Translations under genes and position numbers: made by a program | Part shown: one piece after another, positions 14,750-26,741 of the stretch | How the letters are laid out: each line of letters opens with the position of its first letter | How positions within the stretch are numbered: position 1 is the first letter of the stretch | From: the human T2T-CHM13v2.0 reference genome, Homo sapiens | DNA: 64,000 nucleotides | Assembly (NCBI RefSeq): GCF_009914755.1 | Contig: NC_060935.1 | Strand: one strand, 5' to 3' | Notes under the pieces: generated by a model | Told to the model about the DNA's origin: nothing | The model's input: the letters and a program-made list of their open reading frames with translations, nothing else | The model's database searches: none

Positions 14750-15633
14750 TGTAAACCAAAAATAAAATTCTAAGACTCCCAACCAATTGAATGGATCCCG
14801 CCTCTCAGCCAAGGACATTCCAAAGTAAACCTGAAAAACTAGTTCAGGCCGTGATGGAAATGAGGGATTAGACATGCCTCATTATACCTTCTCCCCATGG
14901 AAGTTCAGGCACAACTAATCAGCATTCACATTAAAACAGAGGTCTCAGGACTGACCAAACGGACTCTTTGTGACAATACGGTATATCACAAAATGACAGA
15001 TAGCAGGCCCTGGAAGAAATCAAAGTATTTTATCCTAAAATGTATTTCTTTGATGTATTTTAAAATAGCCCTGCAAAGCTGTCTCCTGTGGGAGAAATCT
15101 GTATTCTATAGGGAATCCCCTTCCCTTTCCAAATATTTTCCTGATCCAGGAGAGATTAACTAAGATTCTGGTACCTTTATAAGCCTGATAAGAAATATTT
15201 ACCATCTAATCTCTTTGAAGCCTACTACTTGGAGGATTCATTTCTGCATAACAAGAACACTGGTCTCCACAGCCCCTTATCTTAATCCAGAAATTCCTTT
15301 CTATTGATTCCAGGCCTTCAGATAGTAACTTAACACTTTCAAGCAATTGCCAATCAGAAAATCTTTAAACCCACCTATGACATGGAAGCCCCACCTATGA
15401 CCACGTTGAGTTATCCTTCCTTTCTGGACCAAACCAATGTACACCTTACATATATCAATTGATGTCTTTGGAACTTCTGTCTCCCAAAAATGTATAAAAC
15501 AAAGCTGTAATCCAACCACTTTGGGCACATGTTCTCACAACCTCCTGAAGCTGTGTCACTGACATGTCCTTAATCTTGGCAAAATAAACTTCCAAATTGA
15601 TTGAAACTTGTCTCACTTACTTTTTGTTTTACA
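14750..15633 (+). mobile_element. ERV1-class solo LTR, MER4 family
   Basis: TG...CA ends (tgtaaaccaaaaataaaattctaag ... tttttgttttaca), 4-bp TSD atat at 14746-14749 and 15634-15637, AATAAA near 15583. Confidence 0.85.
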
Positions 15634-15649
15634 ATATCAAAATTGCTTG

Positions 15650-16164
15650 TATAACCAAACCTAGGTTCAGCTGCTCAACACTCAAAAGCCAGACGCAAGA
15701 GATGAGAGTTGATGGGAGGAAAAGCAGGTTTATTCAGAGAGCCAGCAAGCCGAGAAGATGGTGGACTACAGTCACAAAGACCATCTTAAATTTTAAATTT
15801 TACCATAAGGAGTTGGTATGGGAGATACGTGGGCATGGTGCAGGGGGCAGGGTCTGTGTGTCTTTGTTCTGATGGATATCTTGGGTAATTGTTTGGAGGT
15901 CTGGTTGGTGTTATTTTGACCTCAGCCTGTTGGTGGTGGACGAATTGTTCTTAACTTCCCTTAAGCGGGAGAATTCTGCAACTGGGGCTCTCTGCCTGGT
16001 TTGTTTCAAGTTAGCTGATGGAATTTCTTAAGCAAGAGCATAATTACATAACCATGCATTGCTGGAGGGGAGTGTCTAGAGAGGGAAGGAATGAAGGGAT
16101 GAGAGGGGAGGGAAACAAAGTGGGTGATTAATATATATTTTTTAAATGGGGGTCCCGAGTTGCA
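15650..16164 (-). mobile_element. ERV1-class solo LTR, subfamily unresolved
   Basis: 4-bp TSD cttg at 15646-15649 and 16165-16168. Ends tataacc (degenerate tgtaacc) and ...gttgca. Minus-strand AATAAA ('ggtttattc') near 15730. Confidence 0.7.
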
Positions 16165-16446
16165 CTTGGATGGGAAAGATTCACAAAGTTTGGAAACTGA
16201 GCTTCTTCACAATTGTTTTGGAAATTATTTGTTTTCTCACATTAGAATGCTAGTGTTTCATTAGTGTTACGTAGATTCAACAGATAAAACATAGAACTGA
16301 TATGTGCTTATCTGCTTTTCCTAGTGAGAGATTGATTAATTGTTGTGAGAGAGATCAATTTCACATTTACAATAGAAATCTGTATTAGTAGTTGTTTAAG
16401 ATACATAGATAACCTGTAATTTCATGCTACATATATTCCTTGTTGC

Positions 16447-17233
16447 TGCTGGGGCTCAGAAAATGATACACCAAAGTATGGTGCTTTGGCAAGCTGAGTA
16501 CTTTGATCTAAAGGATATTGGAAGGCATCAGAATAAATTGAATGGTTTTTAACATAAAGAAAAGGCAATATTTAAGGTGATTGTTATCCCCAGTACACTG
16601 ATTACATGAATGCATTAAATTATCATATGTACCCTAGAACTATAAACATCTATTATGCATCAAGAAAAAAATTTAAAAAGAAGGAGCCTTAAAAGTAAAG
16701 TTTCTTTCTGACCTTCTCCTGCTCTCCTGTTTCCTGCCCCTCTTCTTCCCCTGAAGAAAGTCACAAAAATCAGAATTCTTTTTCACCAAGGTGAATCCTA
16801 GCAACTAGATCCCCTTTCCCTCAAACAAGCCATAAAACCTAGAAAGATCATTCTCTTTCTTCTCCCTTCTTTCTAAAAGATTCTAAATTCCATAAAGGTC
16901 CTGCTCCATACCTAGAAGAGAAAGAATTGGAAAGACTGCGGCGTAGGGAGACCAAGAAGAATCTAAGAAGACAAGTATTGCTGAGGTTCTCCTCTCTATT
17001 ACCATTAGAACATACCCTATGTCTAATCACATTTCTACATGGCCATCAATTTTTCATCAAATCCATGCATAAAAATAGATTCCCTGGGTCTTCATTTCTG
17101 AAGGCTTATGTAAAACTTGATTAAATAACTGGGTGTTATGCTTTTCTCCTGTTAACCTGTCTTTTGCGATAGGAGAGTTGGCCATGACCCTTATGATGGG
17201 AGAGAAAAGGTATCACACCTTTCTGTCCCTACA
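16447..17233 (+). mobile_element. ERV1-class solo LTR, MER39-like, interrupted by a short L1MA 3' end
   Basis: Start 'tgctggggctcagaaaatgatacaccaaagtatggtgctttggc', end 'ccatgacccttatgatgggagagaaaaggtatcacacctttctgtccctaca'. Confidence 0.8.
16535..16682 (+). mobile_element. Short L1MA-type 3' end inserted in the MER39-like LTR
   Basis: 'aatatttaaggtgattgttatcccca...attaaattatcatatgtaccctagaactataaacatctattatgcatcaagaaaaaaa' is an L1MA terminus with an A tail. Confidence 0.7.
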
Positions 17234-17739
17234 AAGTAAATATATGCAACATAGAAAAATAAGAAAACAGAAGTGAGGGCCTGTCTCCGTGCTTAGTATT
17301 TTTCCCTCAACAGTAAATATATTTTAACTTTTTTGGTGATTATTTTAGGAAAAAAAATGCAGAGGGACACATATTTGTTTCTTAGCTAACAAATATTAAG
17401 ATAATACTCTTCTGCACCTATTGGACAATCTTTTATTACAGAAATAAAAGGATTTTCCTCAAAAAATTTGAAGAAAATGCAGAAATTAGTTGGAACAAGA
17501 GACTCCCTTTATCTTTCATGGGAACATTTGATTTTTTTCTTTTCTCTGTCTCTGTCTGCTCTTTCTTGCTCTTTTTTGTTGACCCACTTTCTCTTCTTAA
17601 GCATATAGTAAGGTAAAAAATAGTTCCACCAATTACAGCTACTAAGATCAATACTCAAATGATTCCCACCATTTGAAGTTCAATCAGCTGCCACTCTCAG
17701 GACTGGAGGGCTTGGGAGAGAGGGATCACCAGATTGTTA

Positions 17740-18127
<388 letters not shown>

Positions 18128-18396
18128 TCACTGACAAATCCGCTTCTCTGTGCATAGTAACTTTTTTTTTTGCTCTTTAATATCTGTTTATAAACAAGGT
18201 CATTTCTTCCATGTGCCATTACTTCAAAATGGGCTTTCTGTAGTTCAGATGCCTCCACTTTTTTGATTGCTTATTTTAACCTTGCATTTGTAAAACTATA
18301 GTTTTTCTAAATATTCATCCCCAGGATTCACTCTGTCCTGGAATATCAAGTTTTAGAAACCCTTTACTTCCTCCTTGTTTACATACCACATCCCTA

Positions 18397-18398
<2 letters not shown>

Positions 18399-18438
<40 letters not shown>
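18399..18438 (+). repeat. (AC)20 microsatellite
   Basis: Read directly. Confidence 0.95.
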
Positions 18439-18441
<3 letters not shown>

Positions 18442-18537
18442 TATTACCACCTTGCTTCACAGAACAAAAGAATGATTAATAAATGGGTGGAAAATTAAAG
18501 TATAGTTTAAAAAATTATGTGCCATTGACAAAGGGGA

Positions 18538-18571
<34 letters not shown>

Positions 18572-18583
18572 TTGTGGTGTGTG
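18538..18583 (+). repeat. (GT)n microsatellite
   Basis: Read directly; perfect to 18565, then degenerate. Confidence 0.9.
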
Positions 18584-19761
18584 ACCTAGTTTATTTTTTA
18601 AAATATTTTTGTACAGTTTGTTCAATATCTAGGCTCTGGGATACCCCTCCTTCAGATCTTAGTTTTTTCTGAGTAAGGTTGAAGAGAATAATGACCCTGG
18701 ATTCAGAAAATTATGTTATTTATATTGGAAAATTATAATAGCAAAAAAGTCTATTTAAAAAAAGTGATTGATGATGGTGCAAAGATCTACTTGTAGCAGA
18801 AGTCCTTGAAGAATGAACCTGACCCCTGGATTCTGAGTCCCTTGAACAATGACAGTCATGACATACAGTTTGTGACTTGATCGGTTGTATCTCTAGGAAA
18901 CACAGTATTAAAGAAAGGATATGAGCCATGACATAGCAATAAGTCACTAAAGCCTGAGGCTGAAGCTTCAATATGTAAATCTGTAAACTCTTTAATGTGT
19001 CGAGATAATAAAACCAGAATTATACACAAGGCAATCATTTGGAGTGGCTATTTTCAGACAGCTGAAGAACACTGAAGTTTATTTGAATTTGAAGCATATG
19101 CCTTGCCCTGAGACTGGTGAATTGGAATTGTTAGTAATTCCCTGTGTATCAGGCTGTTCAAATGGTTTTTCTAAAGGTCTCAGACATGGGAGGCTTTCCA
19201 TGTATTTCTGTTAATTAGGCAACTTTCAAAATTCTTACGTGAAGATTATATGAGGTACTTGACTCATTCAAACCATCCTGCCGTAAACTCCAGCCTTCAT
19301 GAGACAGAAGAGAATGGAACAAATACCGATGATCTCTCTGCCATCTTCAAAGTGTTGCTCTCCGAAATTCTCATGCAGATTTGGAAGAAACCTAGGACAT
19401 GATAAAACCAATTTGTTTCCAACTGAAAATGGATCACTGACCAGCCCTACAAAAGGAATGCAAATTAGAGAAGTCAATTAAAATCAGGCTTATATATTTC
19501 TAAAATTTTATGTATAGAAATTTCTAAATTTTATTTGGGGCACTATTATGTTGTTAGCTGACAATAACTTGTGGATTCTCTGATTCTTTTTCTATTCATT
19601 TTTAATATTAAAAATAAACTTCTACTAAGCACTTGGGATAAAAGAACTATAAAGATATTGCTCCTAACTTTAAGAGTAAACATTTTCCTATGACAGACTT
19701 ACACATACATGTATGTTCAAGTAAGAAAGTGCTGCATCAGTAGTATTCACAAGGTTGTATT

Positions 19762-20012
19762 CAGGGTGATATTAAAATATGTTAATACAGAGTCTACCAT
19801 ATACACAGACCAACAAGAGTAAAGATGCTGGTCCTAGAGCTGGAAAAGGACCTGGGTACCCCAAAATGTGGCACGCATTGATCCCATAGTTGCTAGATTC
19901 CTAGAAAGGGGCAGAAAGTCTCATGCAGGGCCAGAAAAATGAGAGTGACAGGGCACTCAGGGAGTTAAAGGTAATGACACTTTACTAGGCAGTATCGAAG
20001 TAATTCAGTACC
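19762..20012. mobile_element. Possible ancient hAT-type MITE (ORSL-like), tentative
   Basis: Begins 'cagggtgatattaaaatatgttaatac...gaccaacaagagtaaagatgctgg', which resembles a recalled hAT MITE end. Only a weak degenerate inverted terminus near 19990-20012. Confidence 0.3.
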
Positions 20013-20099
20013 TTAATAAAGAGTAAAACCAAGCCAGTGTGTCTGGGTTGTGTGTGTTGAAGAAGTTGGTGACATCTGAATTGGCGTTCTCTAGGGGTT

Positions 20100-20138
20100 T
20101 GTGTGTGTGTGTGTGTGTGTGTGTTTGTGTGTGTGTGT
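20100..20138 (+). repeat. (TG)n microsatellite
   Basis: Read directly. Confidence 0.9.
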
Positions 20139-20441
20139 CCATGCTTACAGCTATATGTTTAGGTGGGAAATGGTCTGACATGCAGAATGAATAGCAAAAT
20201 AAATTCATGACAGCCTTCAGTAGGGCTCTGTCACATAGAGTGGGCAAAATAATATCCAGATAGGAGGTCAAAGGGGTAGCATGCTGTCTGGGTAGCAGAG
20301 GCCAAGTATGAGAAAGATTTTGGAATTAATTCCTAAAAACAAGAGATTAATTCATGGTTTCATTTATGTTTTTTTAAAAAAAACTCTGATAGAAATATAA
20401 AAGGTAAATTGATTTCAAATAGCTTTTTTAAAGTCCAAAGT

Positions 20442-20453
20442 TATCTATCTATC

Positions 20454-20496
<43 letters not shown>

Positions 20497-20518
20497 ATCT
20501 ATCTATATCTATCTATCT
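20442..20518 (+). repeat. (TATC)n / GATA-type tetranucleotide STR, interrupted
   Basis: Read directly, with ATC and TA interruptions. Confidence 0.95.
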
Positions 20519-20775
20519 TAGGTAACAGAGTCAGAAAAAAAGTATGACAGCAATAAAGCTAGTAATTTTTTTCTTTAATAACAGAGAAAGAGGCTTGTTT
20601 ATAACTTTAACCATTACCTTGTCAATTGTTCCCATACCTCTTATTCAAGAAAATCACAAACTTGAATGAATACATTCTTCTTTTCCATTCCTTTCCCATT
20701 CCTACACTATGCCTCATAAACACTGTTGAATAAAATTACTACACATTTTAGTGCTGGTACATATTTATGGTCTGT

Positions 20776-21282
20776 ATATTAGTCAGCTATTGCTGCAATA
20801 ATCTTGCCTAACAAACCACCTTAAAATACAATTGCTTGGTAATTATTCATTTTTTAATGTTTGTGGCTTTGCAAGCTGACTGCAGTTTGTCTGGTCTAGG
20901 TGAGGACTTGGCTGGCAGTAGGATGGCTGGCTCTGCTCTGACATCAGGATAGCTAAGTCTGGCTTCAGGCTCTGAGTTGGTTCAGGACTGCTTTGCAAGG
21001 CTCACCCTCTTTGGACCTGTGGTTACCTTAGTTTTGTTCTTCTTACAGTGAAGCTCAATAGCCAAGCCAATGTGCAGCCAGACCTCTGCTTGCTTCGCAT
21101 TTCCTAATATTTCATCAGCCAAACCAAAAACACATCACCCAGCCAGGCCCAGTGTTGAGGGGCCAGATAGTATCCACCACCCATTGTTGGAGAGTACTGC
21201 TATGCTACCTGCCAAAGGGTGTGAGAGTATAACCTTGTTAAAGCAGAGTGAAGAACTGGAAAATAAAGTGTAATCTATCACA
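20776..21282 (-). mobile_element. MaLR solo LTR (MLT1G/H-like)
   Basis: 'tattagtcagctattgctgcaataatcttgcctaacaaaccacc' at the left; 'gccaaagggtgtg...gagtgaagaactgg...taatctatcaca' at the right. Confidence 0.75.
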
Positions 21283-22537
21283 ATGACCATTCTTAACTGG
21301 AATGTCAACACTGTCAGAAATTATTATTTTTTCCTATCTATTTCTTTCTCATTCTCCACAGCTACTATTTCAAGCATCTGTACTCTTCTAACACCTCCTA
21401 CCACAAACTATTTTCTGTATGTCTGCAGTTGACCTTCCTTTTATTTCCCTGAAAAAAAAAAGGTTAATTCAATCTCCTACCTCTAATCCTAAACTTTATC
21501 TAAATCCCCACCATCTAATCTAAATCTTTTTTACTTTCTCATCTGACATAACAAGTAAGACATTGGCCCTCTGCCAGGACTTTGGAGTCCTGTCACTTGT
21601 TGCATCCTCTGAAATATTACTCCATCAGTTATCCACTCTTTCTATTGGATTTCTGACTCCTCCTTTTTACCAGTTCTTTCTAACTTGTGCTACATGCTAA
21701 TAATACTCTGCTTATTTTATACTCAAAGTGCTCTTATGTGGTATGTACTATCACTATGAAGCAGGTACACCATTAAACATGTTTTAAAGACAAGGTGATT
21801 GAGTCATAGAAATGTTGAGTAATTGGTTAATTAATGATAAAATTTAGCAATACTAACATTAATCTGTAAGAGCAATGCACTCCCACCAAACTCTCACTGG
21901 TGAATTTGTTTTCTGTAAATTCCTTCACAAGCATTAAAAGACAGAAAGATGACAACAGGCATTTGTTCTGAAATAAATCTTCAAAACTATTCAGTGTAAT
22001 ACGTAAGAAAAAATAAGGGCTCTTCTTAGTGGATAAAAAAGAAGGGAATTATATTTGATCATTGAAAGTTGGGGAAAATAAATACATTGTCTAATTAATT
22101 CAACAGAATGTAGATTAAAAACTGAACAAAAGATGTATGTGAGATTTAGTATATGATCAATGTGGCATTAAAATGGTAATAGAATACATTCATATTTAGT
22201 ATATGTTATTGGAATCAGGCTAATATATGAAAAGAGTATATATAAAATATATACACGTAAAGATCTATATACACATAGAAAATGTTTAATATGTAACTCA
22301 AAATATACAGTAAATGAATTCAGACTAATTAAAATGTATACAGAATTTAAAATTTTAAGTCCAATTTGTGACAATCTCTTTAAACTTGGTATATACTTTC
22401 TAAACCTGACATTAGAATCAGAAACAATTAAAAACTATAACTTTAACCACAAAAGATAACAGTTTATATATGATGAACATCTTTCCATTTGAAATCCATA
22501 TAACTATTGCATGAAAATTAGAAATATCTTTTCCAGT

Positions 22538-23192
22538 GCAAAATAGAACCACAATTTGATATATCTCACCCTGGTTAAAATGGCTTGTATCAAAATACAG
22601 ACAATAACAGGTGCTGGCCAGGATGTGGAGAAATGGGAACTCTAATACACTGTTGATGGGAATGTAAATTAGTACAGCCACTAAAAAGAAAAGTATGGAT
22701 GGGGATTCCTCAAAAAACTGAAGATAGAACTTCCATATGATTCAGCAAGGCCACTACTGGATATATACCCAAAAGAAAGGAAATCAATATATCAAAGAGA
22801 TGTCTGCACTCCCATGTTTATTGCAGCACTATTCACAATGGTCAAAATATAAAATCTCCCATCAAGGGATTAATAGATAAAGAAAATGTGGTGCATATAC
22901 AGGATGGAACGTTATTCTTCCATAAAACATATTTTCTTCATTTGTAGCTTAAAGGATGAAGCTGTAGGCCATTATGTTAAATGACTATGAGAAAGACACA
23001 TATTTATATATTCTCCCTTATATGGGAGTTTAAAAAGAATGGATCTCATGAAGATAAAGAGTAGAATGGTGGTAACCAGAGGTGGGGTAGGAAAAGAGAG
23101 AGGGAGGATTGAGGAAGAGAAATAAGGATATAAATGTATTTGTTACCAATGAACTGTATATACTTTACCACAGTAAAAACATTTTTAAAAAA
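22538..23192 (+). mobile_element. 5'-truncated L1MA-type 3' end
   Basis: ORF2 C-terminal sequence 'tctcaccctggttaaaatggcttgtatcaaaa...gaaaggaaatcaatatatcaaagagatgtctgcactcccatg', a short 3'UTR, and a degenerate TSD (agaaatatcttttcc / agaaatgttttttct). Confidence 0.8.
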
Positions 23193-24399
23193 GAAATGTT
23201 TTTTCTAAAGTATAGTTGAGGTTTGGAGAGAGGAATACACATTTTAGCAGCCAAAACCAAGGAAGGCATTGAAACGAAGAGAAAGTTCAGTAGAAGCTGG
23301 GGCTTTGCTTATCTCTGAGACATAAGGCTTATGTTTTAAAGGAAACATCCTTTAACAAACTAAGTTAGTTAACAAAATAACAAAATTTTGGGAAATAAAG
23401 GGAAAATAACTTGAAATGAGATACCTCTTAAAGTTAGAACCCTAGAGAGCTAAAAACAAAAAAAATGTTAGTAAAAGGATGTTCTAGGGTAGCGAACACA
23501 GACAACATAAAAATGTGTATGTGTCAAGATGAGTTCAGAAGTAGAAGTCTCTTGTGATCACTGTAGTCACCCACTTACATTTACACAGTATGTGCAAAAG
23601 TTATCTATATAGCAGTCTGAGAAACTGTAAGTTGAGGAAATAACGAAGTTCCAGGCTGATATCCTTATGGGAAAAGCAAGAGGAAATTCTTTCTATGCAT
23701 GTATAAACAACACACTTTTCACACAGTTTTCTTTATTAAGAAGAAAAACATTCAGTTAAACATAAGGTCCCAGTACAAAGTTACACCCTAAGTGAAAACA
23801 GCAAACAGCAGAGCTACAGCTCCAGAGTTAAAAAATGGAATTATTAATATATACTTATATTTTTAAAATAAATTTTATTTTGGACAGGTTTATGTTTACA
23901 GAAAATGTATAAAGATAGTAGAGCTTCAATATATTCCACATCTACCCAGTTTTCCTACTATCAACATCTTAAATTAGTATGGTGTATTTGTTACAATGAA
24001 CAAACATATGTTGATACATTTTTGTTAACTAATGTTCTTAGGTTTGAAAACTAAAATTTTCTTAATTTTTAACTGTCATTTTCCTATTCCAGGATCTCAT
24101 CCAAAGTAACACATTATATTTCATAGTCATGTCTCCTTAGGCTCCCCTTGGCTGTGATAGTTTCTCACACTTTTCTTGTTTTTCATATTCTTGATATTTT
24201 GAGCAGTCCTGGTGACGTATGTTGTAGAATGTCCCATAATTTGGATTTATCTGCTATTTTTCTCATGATTAGGTTGGATTTATGGGCTTTTGGCAGAACA
24301 AGGACAGTGGTGAAATGCCATTTTTCATCACTTCAATTTAAGGGTAGGTACTATCAACATGATATAACTCTTGCTGTTAACTTTGATCACCTGGCTGAG

Positions 24400-24777
24400 T
24401 GTATTAGTCTTTTCTCATGCTGCTAATAAAGACATACCCGAGACTGGTTAATTTTTAAAGGAAAGGGTTAATTTATAAAGGAAAGAGGATTAATTGACTC
24501 GCAGATCCAGATGGCTGGGGAAGCCTCTCACAATCATGGCAGAAGGTGAATGAGGAGCAAAGTCACGTCTTATATGGCAGCAGTCACGAGAGCTTGTGCA
24601 GGGGAATTCTCATTTATAAAACCATTACATCTCATGATACTTATTCACTACCAGGAGAACGGTATGGGAGAAACCACCCCTATGACTCAATTATCTCCAC
24701 CTGGTCCTTCCCTAGACATGTGGGGATTATTACAATTCAAGGTGAGATTTGGGTGGGGACACAGCCAAACCATATCA
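24400..24777 (-). mobile_element. MaLR solo LTR (THE1C/D-like)
   Basis: tgtattagtc...gggtggggacacagccaaaccatatca, with perfect 5-bp TSD ctgag at 24395-24399 and 24778-24782. Confidence 0.92.
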
Positions 24778-25013
24778 CTGAGGTAGCATTTTTTAAGTTT
24801 CTCCACTGTAGCTACCCTTTTTCCCACCTTTCTATACTGTGCTTTTAAGATGGAAGTCACTAAGAACAGCCCATGCTTAAATAATGAGTTGTGTTCCACC
24901 GCTTCAAGGGAAAAGCAATTTTTATTTCTTCTACATAAGAGATTTGTCTCTTGTTTATCTGTCTTTGCTTGATTTAATTATTTAATAATATCACTAGAGA
25001 GACATGAAAAAAT

Positions 25014-25036
25014 ACACACACACACACACACATACA

Positions 25037-25068
<32 letters not shown>
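25014..25068 (+). repeat. (CA)n-(CT)n-(CA)n compound microsatellite
   Basis: Read directly. Confidence 0.9.
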
Positions 25069-25070
<2 letters not shown>

Positions 25071-26455
25071 CTTTAATACCATACTATCTTATTATATTGG
25101 TACTCAACTTATTCCAGCTTTGGCCAAGGTGAACTCTTTCAGATGGCTTCTTTTTTGGGATGTAAGTATTTCTTTTTTTGGGAGGGGGGAGAATTTCTTA
25201 ATTTCTTGAGCTATAAAATGCTTGAGGCTTTCATTAATGTATTTATTATCTGGTAATGAAAATCAGACGTTTCTCCAAGGGCCCCTGGTTCTTTCGATTG
25301 GAGAGTGGTATTAGAAACCAAAATTTTGTGGAAAATGTGCTTATTGCTATTGGGATGCCATGATATCTGGGTCCTCTCACCTAACAGAGCAAATAAAACT
25401 ATGTATGTATACTATCTCATATAATATATCTAGGAATACATTTATATGTAACTATCTGTATCTATATTAAGCTATTAATGAATTTATTTTGATGTCTACA
25501 ACTCAAATATATTACCACTTGAATAATTTTAACCTTTCTTTTCTAATGTGAAAGTCTTCAAATTTCTACTCAAACTGTGAGAAACCTGGCTCCTAGTACC
25601 CACTACATATTGATGTAATTAATCTATTCTAGCACTCATGCATAGCATTATCAAAAGCAGAAGAAATATTTAGTGAGATTAAAGACAAGACATTTGAAAA
25701 TACACACTCAGAGGAGACAAAAGAAAAAATAATAAAAAAGAAGCAAGCGTGCTTACAAGAGCTAGAAAATAGCCCCAATAGGACAAATCTAAGAGTAATT
25801 GGCCTTAAAGTAGAGGTAGAAAAAAGATAGGTTTAGAAAGTTCATTCAAAGAGATAATAACAGAGGATTTCCAAAACCTAGGGAAACACCTTAATATTCA
25901 AATATAAGAAGGTTATAAAATATCAATCAGATTTAACCTAAAGAAGACTACCTCAAGGCATTTAGTACCCAAATTCTCAAAGGTCAAGGATAAAGAAAGA
26001 ATCCTAAAACCAGCAAGAGAAAAGAAACAAATAATATACAGTGGCACTCCAATACATCTGGCAGCAGACTTTTAGTGGACACCTTACAGTCCAGGAGAGA
26101 GTGGCATAACATATTTAAAGCACAGAAGAAAAAGCAAGTTTACCCTATAATAGTGTATCTGATGAAAATAGCATTCAAATATAATGGAGAAATAAGGACT
26201 TCTCCAGACAAACAAAAGCTCAGAGATTTTATCAACACCAGACCTGTCCTACAAGAAATACTGAAGGGACTTCTTCAATCAGAAAAAAAAAAGAAAATTA
26301 ATGAGCAAAAAGAAATCACCTGAAAGTACAAAACTACTGGTAGTAGTAAGTACATGTAAAAACATAAACTATTATAACACTGCAATTGTAGTGTGTAAAT
26401 TACTCTTACCTTAAGCAGAAAGACTAAATTGTGAACAAATCAAAATAACAACTAC

Positions 26456-26741
26456 ACGCTTTGGGAGGCCGAGGCGGGTGGATCACGAGGTCAGGAGATC
26501 AAGACCATCGTGGCTAACATGGTGAAACCCTGTCTCTACTAAAAAAACACAAAAACAATAGCTGGGCATGGTGGTGGGCACCTGTAGTCCCAGCTGCTTG
26601 GGAGGCTGAGGCAGGAGAATGGCATGAACCCAGGAGGCGAGCCTCCTGCTCTACAGTGAGCTGAGATCGCGCCACTGCACTCCAGCCTGGGTGACAGAGC
26701 AAGACTCCGTCTCAAAAAATAAATAAATAAATAAATAAAAA
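26456..26741 (+). mobile_element. AluY, 5'-truncated, (TAAA)n tail
   Basis: 'gatcacgaggtcaggagatc...ggctaac...agaatggcatgaacc' Y diagnostics; TSD-like aaataacaacta / aaagaacaacta. Confidence 0.9.
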
